64,000 nucleotides of DNA from Mobula hypostoma (taxonomy: Eukaryota). The stretch lies in NCBI RefSeq assembly GCF_963921235.1, contig NC_086097.1:210058001-210122000 (forward strand). Direction: 5' to 3'. Position numbers and translations under genes: made by a program. A model generated the notes under the pieces. It ran no database searches, was not told where the DNA came from, and saw only the letters and a program-made list of their open reading frames with translations. Of the stretch, positions 40,083 through 52,015 are shown piece after piece (within the stretch, counting starts at the first letter, position 1; the number at the start of each line of letters is the position of its first letter).

Positions 40083-40283
40083 AGCCAGCCGATGGCGTAG
40101 TGGCATCCACACCAGACTTCAAGGTGTGTGGTCCAGCTGGCTCCCTGCACGCTTTCCAACCATCCTGGGTTGAGTATCGAGCTAGCAGCTCGGCCTCGTA
40201 AACAAAAAAACAGACAAATGCTAAAGAAACAGCAAAGTTGCTGCCTGATGTACCACAAGGTGCCAAAAGGAACAACAACAACA
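40083..40283 (+). mobile_element. tRNA-derived SINE with (AAC)n tail
   Basis: A box TGGCGTAGTGG; aacaacaacaacaa tail; degenerate flanking duplication aacctttgagact / aagctttcagact. Confidence 0.7.
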
Positions 40284-41019
40284 AGCTTTCAGACTGGAGC
40301 AAGTGAGGGACAAAGATTTGAAGTGAGAGAAGATTCCTTTATGTCGGTTGGACAGGGAGGGGGTGGTTCTGTCAACAACACCAGCTGAATCAGGGTGCTA
40401 GAAGGGAACTTGTGGGGTAGCAAGTTAGGAACATAAGAATTAATAGCAAGTGTAGGATCTGTTTTCCCTCACATTAGCTCCACAAATTCCTTAAAATCGT
40501 AGTTTATCTTTTACCCCTAACATCACTTCCCTGCACTAATCCCACATCCTTTGAATTGGTCAATATCTAAAAATCCATCTCTGTTTTGTATATACTGTGA
40601 CTAACTTCCACAGCCTTCTTGAGAAGATAATTCAAGATACCTTATCCACTTTTCATCTTCTCTCAGACTTATTTTAAGACTGTAACCACTGGTTATGTAA
40701 ATCCTGGCTCAGGAAATTATTATCTTTACATTAACCCTGTCAAATCCTTGTTAGGGGCACGTCATTCTTTTAACCTTAGATTAGGCTTAATCTGTTAATC
40801 CCTCCCTCATAAAACAAACACACTGCATTGCTGAACTTCTGCAAGGTTTCCTCCATTATAAACGTTAGCCTCCTTGTACAGGGACTCCAGGCTAGTAAAC
40901 AAATTGCAGATATGGTCTCACCATGGTCATATTTATGTGGAACAATTAGGATCATAAGCTGTGAGCTGCAATAGGAATCAGCTAGCTGTTTGCCTTCCTA
41001 ATTATTGAGTCCACTCGAA

Positions 41020-41432
41020 GGACTTCCTGAAAACGACGAATAGTTCCTTTGAACACTCCCTACTTGTCCCTGCTCACTAATCTCTCTCCCGGCACTTATC
41101 CCTGCAAACAGAAGGAGTGCGACACCTGCCCATTCACCTCCACCCCTTTCACCTCCTGTTAGGGCCCCAAACCCTCCTTCCTGGTGAAGTATAGAACCAT
41201 AGAACCATAGAAACTACAGCACAGAAACAGGCCCTTTGGCCCTTCTTGGCTGCGCCGAACCATCTGTTTAGGTTGCTTACTGTACCTGGTGCTTCAAATG
41301 CAGCCACCTCTCCCTTGGTGAGATCCAACGTAGATTGGGGGGGGCCCCTTTGTCGAGTACTTTTTCTCTATCCACAACAAGCAGCATTTCTTGGTGACTA
41401 ACTATCTTAATTCCAATCCCCATTCCCCTTCC
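41020..41432 (+). mobile_element. Penelope-like element, GIY-YIG endonuclease remnant (left part)
   Basis: Decayed YC.WC..C....GE..RRLG..FVE and C...C.TC motifs; a short minus-strand CR1 tail (catagaac)n is nested at ~41190-41262. Confidence 0.7.
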
Positions 41433-41464
41433 GACAGGTAGTAATTTCTGGATTGTTACCTGTG

Positions 41465-44097
41465 CCAAGGGCCAGTGAGGTTTGAAACAGGATGATCTGT
41501 CAGATAAATACGTGGCTGAGAAGCTGGTGCAGGGGTCAGAGTTTCAGGTGCTTGGATCATTGGGAACTCTTCTGGGGGAGGTATGGCCCTGTACAAAAGG
41601 GACGGGTTGCACCTGAACCCGAGCAGGACCGATATTCCCGTGGACAGGTTTGTTAGAGCTGTTGGGGAGGGTTCAAACTAATTTGGCAAGGGGATGGGAA
41701 CTGGAGTAAAGGGACGTCGGATAGATTGGATGTTAAAAAAGCAAAGACAGCATGCAGTCAGATGTCAAGAAGGTCAGGCAGATGATAGGACAAAATTGCA
41801 GCCAGCAAGATAAGTATCAGTGCATTAGGAATGCAGAATCAAAAAGGCCACAGATACAGTACTCAGAATGTTATATCTCAATGCACAGAACAGAAGAAAT
41901 AATCTTATCAGTGGATCAGTGGTAATTTCAGTAGAATAAAAGAAATTACAATGGTATGAGAGAGGAGTTGGCCAAAGTAAATTGGAAGGAAATTGCTGGC
42001 AAAGATGACACCAGCAATAGCTTGAGTTTGTGGGAAAAATGAGGATGGTGCAGGATAAATGTATTCCAAAAACAAAGAAGTACTCAAATGGTAAAAGACT
42101 AAAATCATGGCTGACAAGGGAAGTCAAGGCTAATGTAAAAACAAAGGAGGTGGCATACAACGAAGCAAAAATTAGCAGGAAGATAGAGGATTCAGAATCA
42201 TTTAAAATCCTACAGAAAGCAACTAAAAGAATAATTAGGAGGGAAAAGATAAAATATAAAGGCAAGCTAACAAACAGTATCAAGTTGGATTGAAAAAGCT
42301 TTTTCAATTATATATAAAAAAATAAGAGAGGTGAGAGTGGATATAGGACAGCTAGATAATGAGGCCGGAGAAAAAATAACGGGGGGGGGGGGGGAGTGAT
42401 GGCAAGGAGATGACAGATGAACTAGATGAGTATTTTGCATCAGTCTTCACTGTGGAAGACACTAGCAGTATGCCAGGTGTTGAAAGGTGTAAGGGAAGAG
42501 AAGTGGGTGCAGTTACTATTACAAGGGAGAAGGTGCTCAAAAAGCTGAAAGATCTAAAGGTACATAAATCACCTGGACCAGATGAACTGCAATCTAGGGT
42601 TCTGAAAGAGGTAGTGGTAGAGATTGTAGAGGCATTAGTAATGATCGTTCAAGAATCATTGGACTCTGGCATGGTTCTGGAGGATTGGAAATTTGAAAAT
42701 GTCACTCCACTCTTTAAGAAAGGAGGGAGGCAGCAGAAAGGAAAGTATAGACCAGATAGCCTATCCTCAGTGGTTGAGAAGGTGTTGGAGTCAATTGTTA
42801 AGGATGAGGTTGTGGATTACTTGGTGACACAGGACAAGATAGGACAAAGTCAATGTGGTTTCCTTAAGGGAAAATCTTGCCCTGACAAACTTGTTGGAAT
42901 TTTTTGAGGAGATTACAGGTAGAATAGATAAAGGAGATGCAATGGATGTTGTATATTTGGACTTTTAGAAGGCCTTTCACAAGGTGCCACGCATCAGGCT
43001 GCTTATTAAGTTAAGAGCCCATGACACTAGATGAAAGTTACTAACATGGTTAGAGTGTTGGCATTGGTAGGAGGCAGCGAGTGGGAATAAAAGGATCTTT
43101 TTCTGGTTGGCTGCCAGTCTTCAGCAGGGGCTGGTGTTGGGACCACTTCTTTTTATGCTTTATATCAATGATTTAGATGATGGAATAGGTGATTGTGTTG
43201 CTGAGTTTTCAGATGATACAAAGATTGCTGGAGGGGCAGGTAGTGCTGAGGAAAAAGGAAGACTACAGAAGGACTTAGACAGATTCAGAGAATGGGCAAG
43301 AGAGTGGCAAATGAAATACAATGTTGGAAAATGCATGGTCATGCACTTTCGTCGAAGAAGTAAATGTACAGTCTATTTTTTAAATGGGGAGAAAATCCAA
43401 AAATCTGAGATGCTAAGGGACTTGGGAGTCCTTGTGCAGAACACCCTAAAGGTTAACTTGCTGTTTGAGTCAGTGATGAGGAAGGCATGTGCATTTCAAG
43501 GGGTCAAGAATATAAGACCAGGGATATGTTGCTGAGGCTTTATAAGGCACCAGTGATGCCTCACCCTGAGTGCAGGCCCAGAGCCATCAAACGATCCTCA
43601 CACGATAGCCCTTTCATTCCCAGAATCATTCTTGTGACCCTCTTTGAACCCTCTCCAATGCCAGCACAATTTTTCTTAGATAAGGACCCCAAAACTGTTC
43701 TGTTCTGAAACCTCCTGAATGTTGAAAGCCAAGACAGAGTAAATGTAGAAAGGATGTTTCCCATGTTGGGGGAGTCAAGAACAAGAGGGAACAGCCTCAG
43801 GATAGAGGGACATCCATTTAAAACAGAGATGTGGAGAAATTTCGTTCATCAGAGGGTGGTGAATTTGTGGAATTTATTGCCACAGGCAGCTGTAGAGGTC
43901 AGGTCATTGGGTGTATTTAAGGTGGAGAGTGATAGGTTATTGGTTGGCCATGGCATCATAGGTTATGCGGAGAATGCCAGGGAGTGGGGCTGATGAGGGG
44001 AAAAAAGGATCAGCTATGATTGAATGGTGGAACAGACTTGATGGGCCAAATGGCCTAATTCTGCTCCTATGTCTTATGGTCTTATGGCCTTATGGTC
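41465..44097 (+). mobile_element. CR1 LINE with internal deletion and inversion
   Basis: End of esterase; most of the endonuclease deleted near 41905; RT fragments; inverted segment ~43569-43700; (TCTTATGG)n tail. Confidence 0.92.
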
Positions 44098-44104
44098 TTG
44101 TATT

Positions 44105-44630
44105 GGTTCATGGCCTCTTCTTCTGCCACAAATGCTCAACCTTCAGGTAGGAGGAGCAACACTTCATGTTCCATCTGGGTAGCCCCCATCCTGATGGTAA
44201 GAACACTGATTTCTCTAACTTCTGGCAATTTTTCCCACTCCCTCTTCCTTCACCTTTCATTTTCCTGTCCCCCCCCCCCCCGGCTCACCTCTTACCTCTT
44301 CTATTCTTACCAACTTCTCACCTCCCCCGATGGCCCTCCTCCTTCCCTTTTTCCATGGTCCACTGTCCTCTCCTAACCGATTCCTTTTTCTTCAGCAACT
44401 TACATTTTAAACTTATCACTTCCCAGCTTCACGTTTCATCTCCATTACCCCCTCCAGCTGGCTTCCTAGTTTGTATTCTTACCTGTTCCCCCATCTTCTT
44501 ATTCTGGTTTCTTCCTCCTTCCTTTCCAGTCCTGATGAAGGGTCTCAGCCCAAACCGTCAACTGTTTATTCTTTTTCATGGATACTGCCTGACCTGTTAA
44601 ATTCCTCCAACATTTTGTATGTGTTCCTCT
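44105..44630 (+). mobile_element. Penelope-like element right part (GIY-YIG C-terminus, pyrimidine tract, degenerate hammerhead)
   Basis: EEQHFMFHLGSPHPDGKNTDFS; AGTC-CTGATGA-agggtctcagccc-AAACCGTCAACT at ~44528-44563. Confidence 0.8.
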
Positions 44631-45458
44631 GAACACCAACACTTTTGATCTTATGCCATTTTAAAAATGTGTACTATTTTCTCCCCAAACAGATGACCTC
44701 ACATTTCCCCAAGTAACCTTGTATGCCTTGTATGTGCCCCTTTACCTGACAGAATCTCCCCCACTATCCAATGGTAGCCAGCTTTGTAGCTCAGTAAGCT
44801 TGGATATATTGCAGTTGACCTCTTCATTCAGATTGTCTATATAGATTGTGAATGGCTGCAGTCTCAGCATGGATCTCTATGGCAACCCACTGTCACAGCC
44901 TCCCAAAAATAGCCAGTTTATTCCTACTTGGTCTTCTCTCTTTAGAGAAAAGGATTGAGAGAACTGGAGGATCGCCCCAGTGGATAAGATGCAGTTGGTG
45001 AGGCCCTGAGGAGAGGTGGGAAAGAAACCAATGTACCATGTTTGAGGTTAACAGAGTGGTAACATTGAGATGATTTTGAGTTTGTGGAACTGATAAGAGG
45101 AGACTGCAGGCACAGTTAATTAAATATCTCAATCTTTTGTAGCAAAAATGGGTGAAGGACCTGAGTGATCTAGGGTCTGGGGCTGTGAACTGCCTCATTC
45201 TTTAAATGTTAAAGAATGTTACTTTATGAATGGAGGAAATGCGAGCACGATGCTGTTGGAAGGACATGAGTTGAATAGGACAAGAAGGAATACATGTTAA
45301 ATATGGAGCTGAGGTTGGGGTAAATGAAAAACTGAAGATAGTTTTTAATGGGATTGAAAATGTTTTAATCCTTTTCTGGAACTGCAGGAATTCTGATTAG
45401 GAGGGGAAAAGGGTTGTGGGGAGATAGTGATAAAAGGATTTGATCAGACCTGATCTTA

Positions 45459-46055
45459 AAGTTCAAATTACATTTATTATCAAAGTATGTATACTTTATA
45501 CAACCTTGAGATTTGTCTCCTTTCGGGCAGGCACAAAACAAAGAAACCCAGTAGAACTCATTTAAACAATATCATCAAGCACACAATCTGCAGGAAGAAA
45601 AAACAAATTGTGCAAACGATAAAAGTAAACAAATAACATCCGGAAATGAAGTTCACAAAAGTAAGTTCAAAACCACAAAGCCAGTCACAGTCGATCTGGA
45701 ACCCAATTAGTTGCAGGCCACAGCCTCAGTTCAGCGCAGAGCAGCAAGTTGAACATCAGCCCATCACTTGTCTCTGGCCCCAACCTTTTCAAATTGGCCC
45801 GATACATAAATCTGCCAAATAGCAGGTCATTCCTCATTCTCAGACCTGCGCCCCGCCACTTCGATACACTCTCAGGCCTGGAATCCATCACCCTGATTCG
45901 GCCTGGTGCTGAAATCAGTCAAACACCGGCTTGTTTGTTGCTCTCGGGACTGGGCCCCACTGCCTCAACTCTACGGCTTTGAATTGCCTCCAAGTCCATT
46001 TCAGCACCCAAATATTGGCTCATCCCCTGCTCTCGGGCCTGCGTCCTGCTGGAAC
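45459..46055 (-). mobile_element. Non-coding element sharing a Rex1-like 3' tail
   Basis: aagttcaaatttacatttattatcaaagta...tacaaccttgagatt resembles 17373-17445; GC-richer body with repeated ctctcgggcctg-like units. Confidence 0.5.
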
Positions 46056-46419
46056 CCAGTCATATAGTATGAGTATATGAAATGCTAATGTTAAAAGAGA
46101 TGGCTCTGAATATGGAGAGGATGATTAAGGGAGGAGAGCAGTAAGCTCAGGAGATAAATTGAGGTAAGGTTTGAAATCTTTGGTTGAGAAGTCACTAGAT
46201 AGCAAGAAGCAAAGAGTTGAGATACCTTATGGTCAACTTTTGTTACCTGTATGAGTAGTAGAACAAGGACTTTATATGTGATAACAGAAGTGGAAGAAGA
46301 TGCCATGCTCTAGGAAGTAGAGTGCCAGAGGGATTGGATTATATTTGGCAATCTCCAAAATATGACTGCAACATTTTGAATGAAAGAAGATAGTGGGACG
46401 TCACAGCAGGCAGGGAGGT

Positions 46420-46893
46420 ATCCTTTATGTTGTGTGCTGGGGCAGAAGGCTGAGGGTAGCAGACACCAACAGAATCAACAAGCTCATTCGTAAGGCCAGT
46501 GATGTTGTGGGGATGGAACTGGACTCTCTGACGGTGGTGTCTGAAAAGAGGATGCTGTCCAAGTTGCATGCCATCTTGGACAATGTCTTCCATCCACTAC
46601 ATAATGAACTGGTTGGGCACAGGAGTACATTCAGCCAGAGACTCATTCCATCGAGATGCAACACAGAGCGTCATAGGAAGTCATTCCTGCCTGTGGCCAT
46701 CAAACTTTACAACTCCTCCCTTAGAGGGTCAGACACCCTGAGCCAATAGGCGGGTCCTGGATTTATTTCCTGGCATAATTTACATATTACTATTTAACTA
46801 TTTATGGTTTTATTACTATTTATTATTTATGGTGCAACTGTAACAAAAACCAATTTCCCCCGGGATCAATAAAGTATGATTATGACTATGACT
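46420..46893 (+). mobile_element. Rex1/Babar-like LINE 3' fragment
   Basis: VVCWGRRLRVADTNRINKLIRKAS...KSFLPVAIKLYN; AATAAAgt(atgact)n tail; near-identical to 57681-58150 on the opposite strand. Confidence 0.88.
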
Positions 46894-46944
46894 AATTAGC
46901 CATCGATTATTGCTTCCTTTCCCTAGAGATGAATTACTTCCAAA

Positions 46945-47455
46945 TAGAGTCATAGAGCAATACAGCACAGAAACTGGCTCTTTGACCTATCTAGTCAGTG
47001 CTGAAATATTATTCTACCTAGTCCCATCAACCTTCACCTGAAGGATAGCTCTCCATACCCCCTCCCATCCATATGCCTATCCAAACTTCTCTTAAGTGCT
47101 GAAATCGAACCTGTGTCCACCACTTCTGTTGGCAGGACATTTCACACTCAGCACCCTCTGAGTGAAGAAGTTCCCTTTAAACATTTCACCTTTCACCATT
47201 AACCCATGACCTCTAGTTCTGGGCTCAACCAACATCTGGAGAAAGCCTGCTTACATTTATCCTCTCTATACCCCTCATTAATTTTGTATACTCCTGTCAA
47301 ATCTCCCCTCGTTCTATGCTCTAGGCAATAAAATTCTAACCTTTCCCTATAACTCAGGTCCTCAAATCCCAGCAACATCCTTGTAAATTTTCTCTGTACT
47401 CTTTCTATCTTATTGGTATTGTTCCTGTAGGTCGGTGACCTAAAATGCATACAAA
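46945..47455 (-). mobile_element. Degenerate CR1 3' fragment
   Basis: ERVQRKFTRML.G...LSYRERL in ORF 47199-47468; catagag tail. Confidence 0.8.
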
Positions 47456-47944
47456 TTACTTGCTGCACTTGCAGTGTTTTGTGCTAAAGAACATACAGTC
47501 TTCTCTGAATGCCAGCGTTTACAGTGAAGTCATCCAAAATAAGATTAGCAAGCCTTCATTCACAGTGGTCAAATATTTTGAAGGGAAATGTGGCTAATTG
47601 TCAGGGTTCAGAGATTTGACACTGGGGCTTGGGGGTTGGTGGTCGTGGTGGGTAGGAATTAAGGAGGACACTGGAAAGATGATTACTAGATTTCCTATTT
47701 GGCAGGGTGATCAGTAGTGAGCAAGTTAATGGGCAATTGGGATTGTTGTTCTGGAGGAGGTATAGGTATTTATCTTAATAAGCCCTTTGAAGGTGCAAAT
47801 CACAGAGAAAGTTCAGAAACAATGACAATAAAGTAGAGAGGTAGAGTGCTGTACATTACGTGTAATGATTTCAAAAGCAAGAAAATGAGTAAAGTCAAAG
47901 AGGAAACTCAGAGTAATTGGAAAGTCAATCAGAGGGAGGAAATG

Positions 47945-47995
47945 GATGGGAATAGAAGTGATGGGAATAGAAGTGATGGGAATAGTGTGGATGGA
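47945..47995. repeat. 15-bp minisatellite (gatgggaatagaagt) x ~3
   Basis: Direct tandem copies visible. Confidence 0.85.
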
Positions 47996-50094
47996 GCAGC
48001 AACTAAAACTGATATGAGCAGGCACAGGAGAGTGAAGTTATTTAAGCTTTATGTTGGGGGGGGAGGTGATAAAAATGGAGGCCTGTAACTTTGAAAGGCG
48101 TCTTTTTCATGCACTTCTAAAACCCTTTTGAAGCTAGATTGAGACATCTGCTCAGATGAAGCTAGATTCATATATATGTAGTTGGGCTACATCTTAACTT
48201 ACCCACTTAACTCCCTGGGTGTCAAAACATATGTCTGAATAGGCTCAATGTCCCCTTAAACATGTATGGCCTTTCAATTTTTAGGGGCTGCTGTTTAAGC
48301 TCAGTATTACTTTCCCACAATATAAAGGCCTCCTGCGTATTTTAAGTTTCCTGTTTCGAGTTACAAGTCTCAATTTATGTGCCAGACCTCCTCTCCCCAC
48401 ATTGACCTTCATCGCTCTGCAACTCCAAAAGAGAGCGGGGGAGTGGGTGATGTTAATCTCTTCCTCAGCACTTTTTTTCCCTGTGTTCCCTGTCTCTACT
48501 GCTGCCTTCCTGTGTGACTGTTCAAGTGACCATCTACTAAATGCCTCTGAAATAGGGAGACAGTTAGCCACGATATTTAACAAACATATATTTTCTTACT
48601 GTATTTGCTTTCTGTAACTTCCCCATTATTATAATCAATGCAAATGCATAGTTTCAAACCACAAATGCTCAACACCAATACATTTCAGAATCCTCAGTGA
48701 AAAATAAGTAAAAATACAGCTGTTCCATCCAACCTACCCCACAGCACCACAATACTGAATGCATCATGATGCATGCTCTCCTCACCCACCTGTAGATATG
48801 TAACATTCTGCACAGACAATAAATCAATTATTAATTATTAAAATGAATAACGAGAAACACTTCAATGGGGAAACAAATTTGGGAAATTCACCACACTTCC
48901 TCTTAGATAACTGAAGTCCAACAGGTTACGTTGTTCTGATTCCCTTTCCAGAATATAATACTTTTTATTTAAAGTGATCGGCAGAGAATAGACCTAGCTC
49001 TTCCTTAAAGAATATTTCAATCCTGTTATTTGTGCATAAGACTTATAAAGTCAATAATCTGTGATATCAGTCTTGCTGCACAACAAAGATCTGAGAAAGG
49101 CATAAGAGGGGTGCCTGTCAAAGGTCTGGTCCCTTCTTCTCCAATCCCACCCCACCCAAAACAGCTCACCCATTCAACAAAACCAGGTGTAACTTCACTT
49201 TATCCTGTGCTTGGCTAAACGTGTTCTAGTTGCTGCTCTAAACCAGAATCATAAAATCCATTTTTATCCATTTCTCCCTTTGGTTTACTTCCCTCTCACT
49301 CCTAGAATTATCCTTGACATCATGACTTTATTCATGCCTCTGCTCATGAAATTACTTGCAGTGCACAGTTGATCTACATTTCTGTTACTTCTCCTTGCTT
49401 GGTTCCCTGGTAGATGAGCCTGGAGCAGTTCCCTGTTAATCTCTACACGTCACCGAAGGGCTCACAGAAGCACATTGTCAAACTTCTGTGGGAAGCCTTT
49501 TGAATGGAGATGCACAGACAGCATCTGCAGTGCACATTTTGTATACCAGTTGTTGCTCTTATCCTGAAGAAACAGTGCACATTGCTTTCTCTATAAAGGT
49601 TACATCAGGATCAAGAAACTATAACATAAGATGGATCACAATTCGACTTCAAAGAAAATGTAATTCCAGTTAGCAGAACTTTTCTCAGTGTCTTCATTCA
49701 CTGAGTGTCAAAGATTAGAATGCAATCTCAGGAAATGTCAATGTGTGGTAAGAACTGACAAATATTAATGTGAATCGGAAAGTTAATATAAATCATTACT
49801 TTAATTGTGATAAATGCTAGTCAGGCTGTGCTCATTGAAGTAAAATTGCCTAAACTGGAAATCTAAAGAGTTTGGCATTCCAATGCTTACAATCATTCTC
49901 TGTGTAATTAAAACAATTTTTTTGAGTTTTTATTGTATTATGTAAAGATGCAAAATATATATTTAGAACATGCCTGATTTGAATGACTTTTGTCAATACA
50001 TTTTGGTGAGGAATATGCATTGACACTATTGTACTGTGGATCAGAATGAGAGGAAAGATTAAAGATTGAAAATGACATTGGGGCCAGTGAGTCT

Positions 50095-51395
50095 TACTTC
50101 AGTGGTTGGTAAGTTGATGGGAAGATCCTGAGAGGCAGGATTTATGAACATTTGGAGAGGCATAATATGAGTAGGAATAGTCAAAGGTAGGCTTTGTCAA
50201 AAGTAGATTGTGCCTTATGAGCCTGATTGAATGTTTTGAGGATGTGACTAAACACATTGATGAAGGTAGAGATGTAATGTATATAGATTTCAGCAAGGCA
50301 TTTGACAAGGTACCCCATGCAAGGCTTACTGAGAAAGTAAGGAGGCAAGGGATCCAAGGGGTCATTGCTTTGTGGATCCAGAACTGGCTTGCCCACAGAA
50401 GGCAAAGAGTGGTTGTAGATGGGTCATATTCTGCATGGAGGTCGGTGACAAGTGGGATCTGTTCTGGAATCCCTACTCTTTGTGATTTTTATAAATGACC
50501 TGGACAAGGAAGTGGAGGGATGGGTTAGTAAGTTTTCTGATGACACAAAGGTTGGAGGTGTTGTGGATAGTGTGGAGGGCTGTCAGAGGTTACAGCGGGA
50601 CATTGATGGGAATCAAATCTGTGCTGAGAAGTGGCAGATGGAGTTCAACCCAGGTAAGTGTATGGTGGTTCATTTTGGTAGGTCAAATATGATGGCAGAA
50701 TATAGTATTAATGGTAAGGCTCTTGGCAGTGTGGATGATTAGAGGGATCTTCGGGTCCGAGTCCATAGGATGCTCAAAGCTGTTGCGCATGTTGACTCTA
50801 TGGTTAAGAAGGCATATGGTGTATTGGCCTTCATCAATCGTGGGATTGTGTTTAGGAGCCAAGAGGTAATGTTGCAGCTACATAGGATCCTGGTCAGACC
50901 CCACTTGGAGTACTATGCTCAGTTCTGGTCGCCTCACTGCAGGAAAGATGTAGAAACCATAGAAAGGATGCAGAGGAGATTTACAAGGATGTTGCCTGGA
51001 TTGAAGAGCATGCCTTATGAGAATAGATTGAGTGAACGCTGCCTTTTCTGATCAGAGACATTGATCATGTAAATAGTCAGAGGCTTTTTCCCAGGGTTGA
51101 AATGGCTAGCACGAGAGGGCAGCTTTAAGATGCTTGGAAGGAGGTACAGAGGAGATGTCAGGGGTAAGTTTTTTATACAGAGAGTGGTGAGTGCTTAGAA
51201 TGGGCTGCTGGCGACAGTGGTGGAGGCGGATATGATAGGGTCTTTTAAGAGACTCCTGCGTAGGTGCATGGAACTTGGAAAAATAGAGGGCAATGGGTAA
51301 GCCTAGGTAATTTCTGAGGTCAGGACATGTTTGGCACAGCTTTGTGGGCCAAAGGGCCTGTATTGTGCTGTAGGTTTTCTATGTCCTATGTTCTA
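50095..51395 (+). mobile_element. 5'-truncated CR1 LINE
   Basis: IDFSKAFDKVPH, FSDDTK, LVRPHLEY; ctatgtcctatgttcta tail; ends ~500 bp before the first LYN coding exon. Confidence 0.92.
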
Positions 51396-51895
51396 AAATA
51401 GTTGCGGAAGAGGCAGATGAGAGGGCGGGAAAGGGTTGATAAGGAGAGTTACTTCCTAGATGTGAAAAGGCCACCCAAGATCAGTTGCTGAGTGACTTAG
51501 ATAGTATTTTGATTGATCTGTTATCAACAGCAGCTTTGAAATTGAGGAAAACGGGGACTTTATATCCAATTATCAACATTTTTGCCAATGTGGTAGGGTG
51601 AGCTTTAGAAATAAATGCTAAAGTGTGAATTGTAAATCTATATTTTTGGAAAATGGTTCTTAATGTACAAAGTGATCTCAAATTAATCTTGTATAGCAGC
51701 ATATCAGTAGCTAGTTTTACACATCAATCTACATTATTTTCAATATGGTTCAATCACAGCCAAAACTTCACCCCTAAATGCTCATGACAACATAAGTTTT
51801 ACCTAGTTCGATTTCTTGCGGAATATTTGGAATATGTGGCATGAACAGCAGTTAAATCTTGCAGAGCCTCAATAATATATTGTTTTACAGAAAAT

Positions 51896-52015
51896 ATGGG
51901 ATGTATAAAGTCAAAGAACTTCTCGGAAGAACCAAAAGAACTGAAAGAAAATCGAGTACGTAAATCTGAACCAACTATTTATGTGAGAGATCCAACATCC
52001 AATACACAAGTGCCA
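51896..52015 (+). CDS. LYN: LYN-like Src-family kinase, first coding exon (SH4 + unique region)
   Basis: Acceptor ttttacag at 51883-51890, ATG at 51896, donor GTAAGT at 52016. Encodes MGCIKSKNFSEEPKELKENRVRKSEPTIYVRDPTSNTQVP; MGCIKSK (Gly2/Cys3 lipidation) and TIYVRDPTSN are as in mammalian LYN. Confidence 0.93.

Noticed and set aside
44528..44563. Active hammerheads here and at 4310, 13041, 30157 and 57302
   Set aside because: GAAA and/or CUGANGA core positions are mutated.
1..51890. LYN promoter / non-coding first exon
   Set aside because: No CpG island or convincing exon seen; it may lie upstream of the window, so the intron-1 interpretation is inference.
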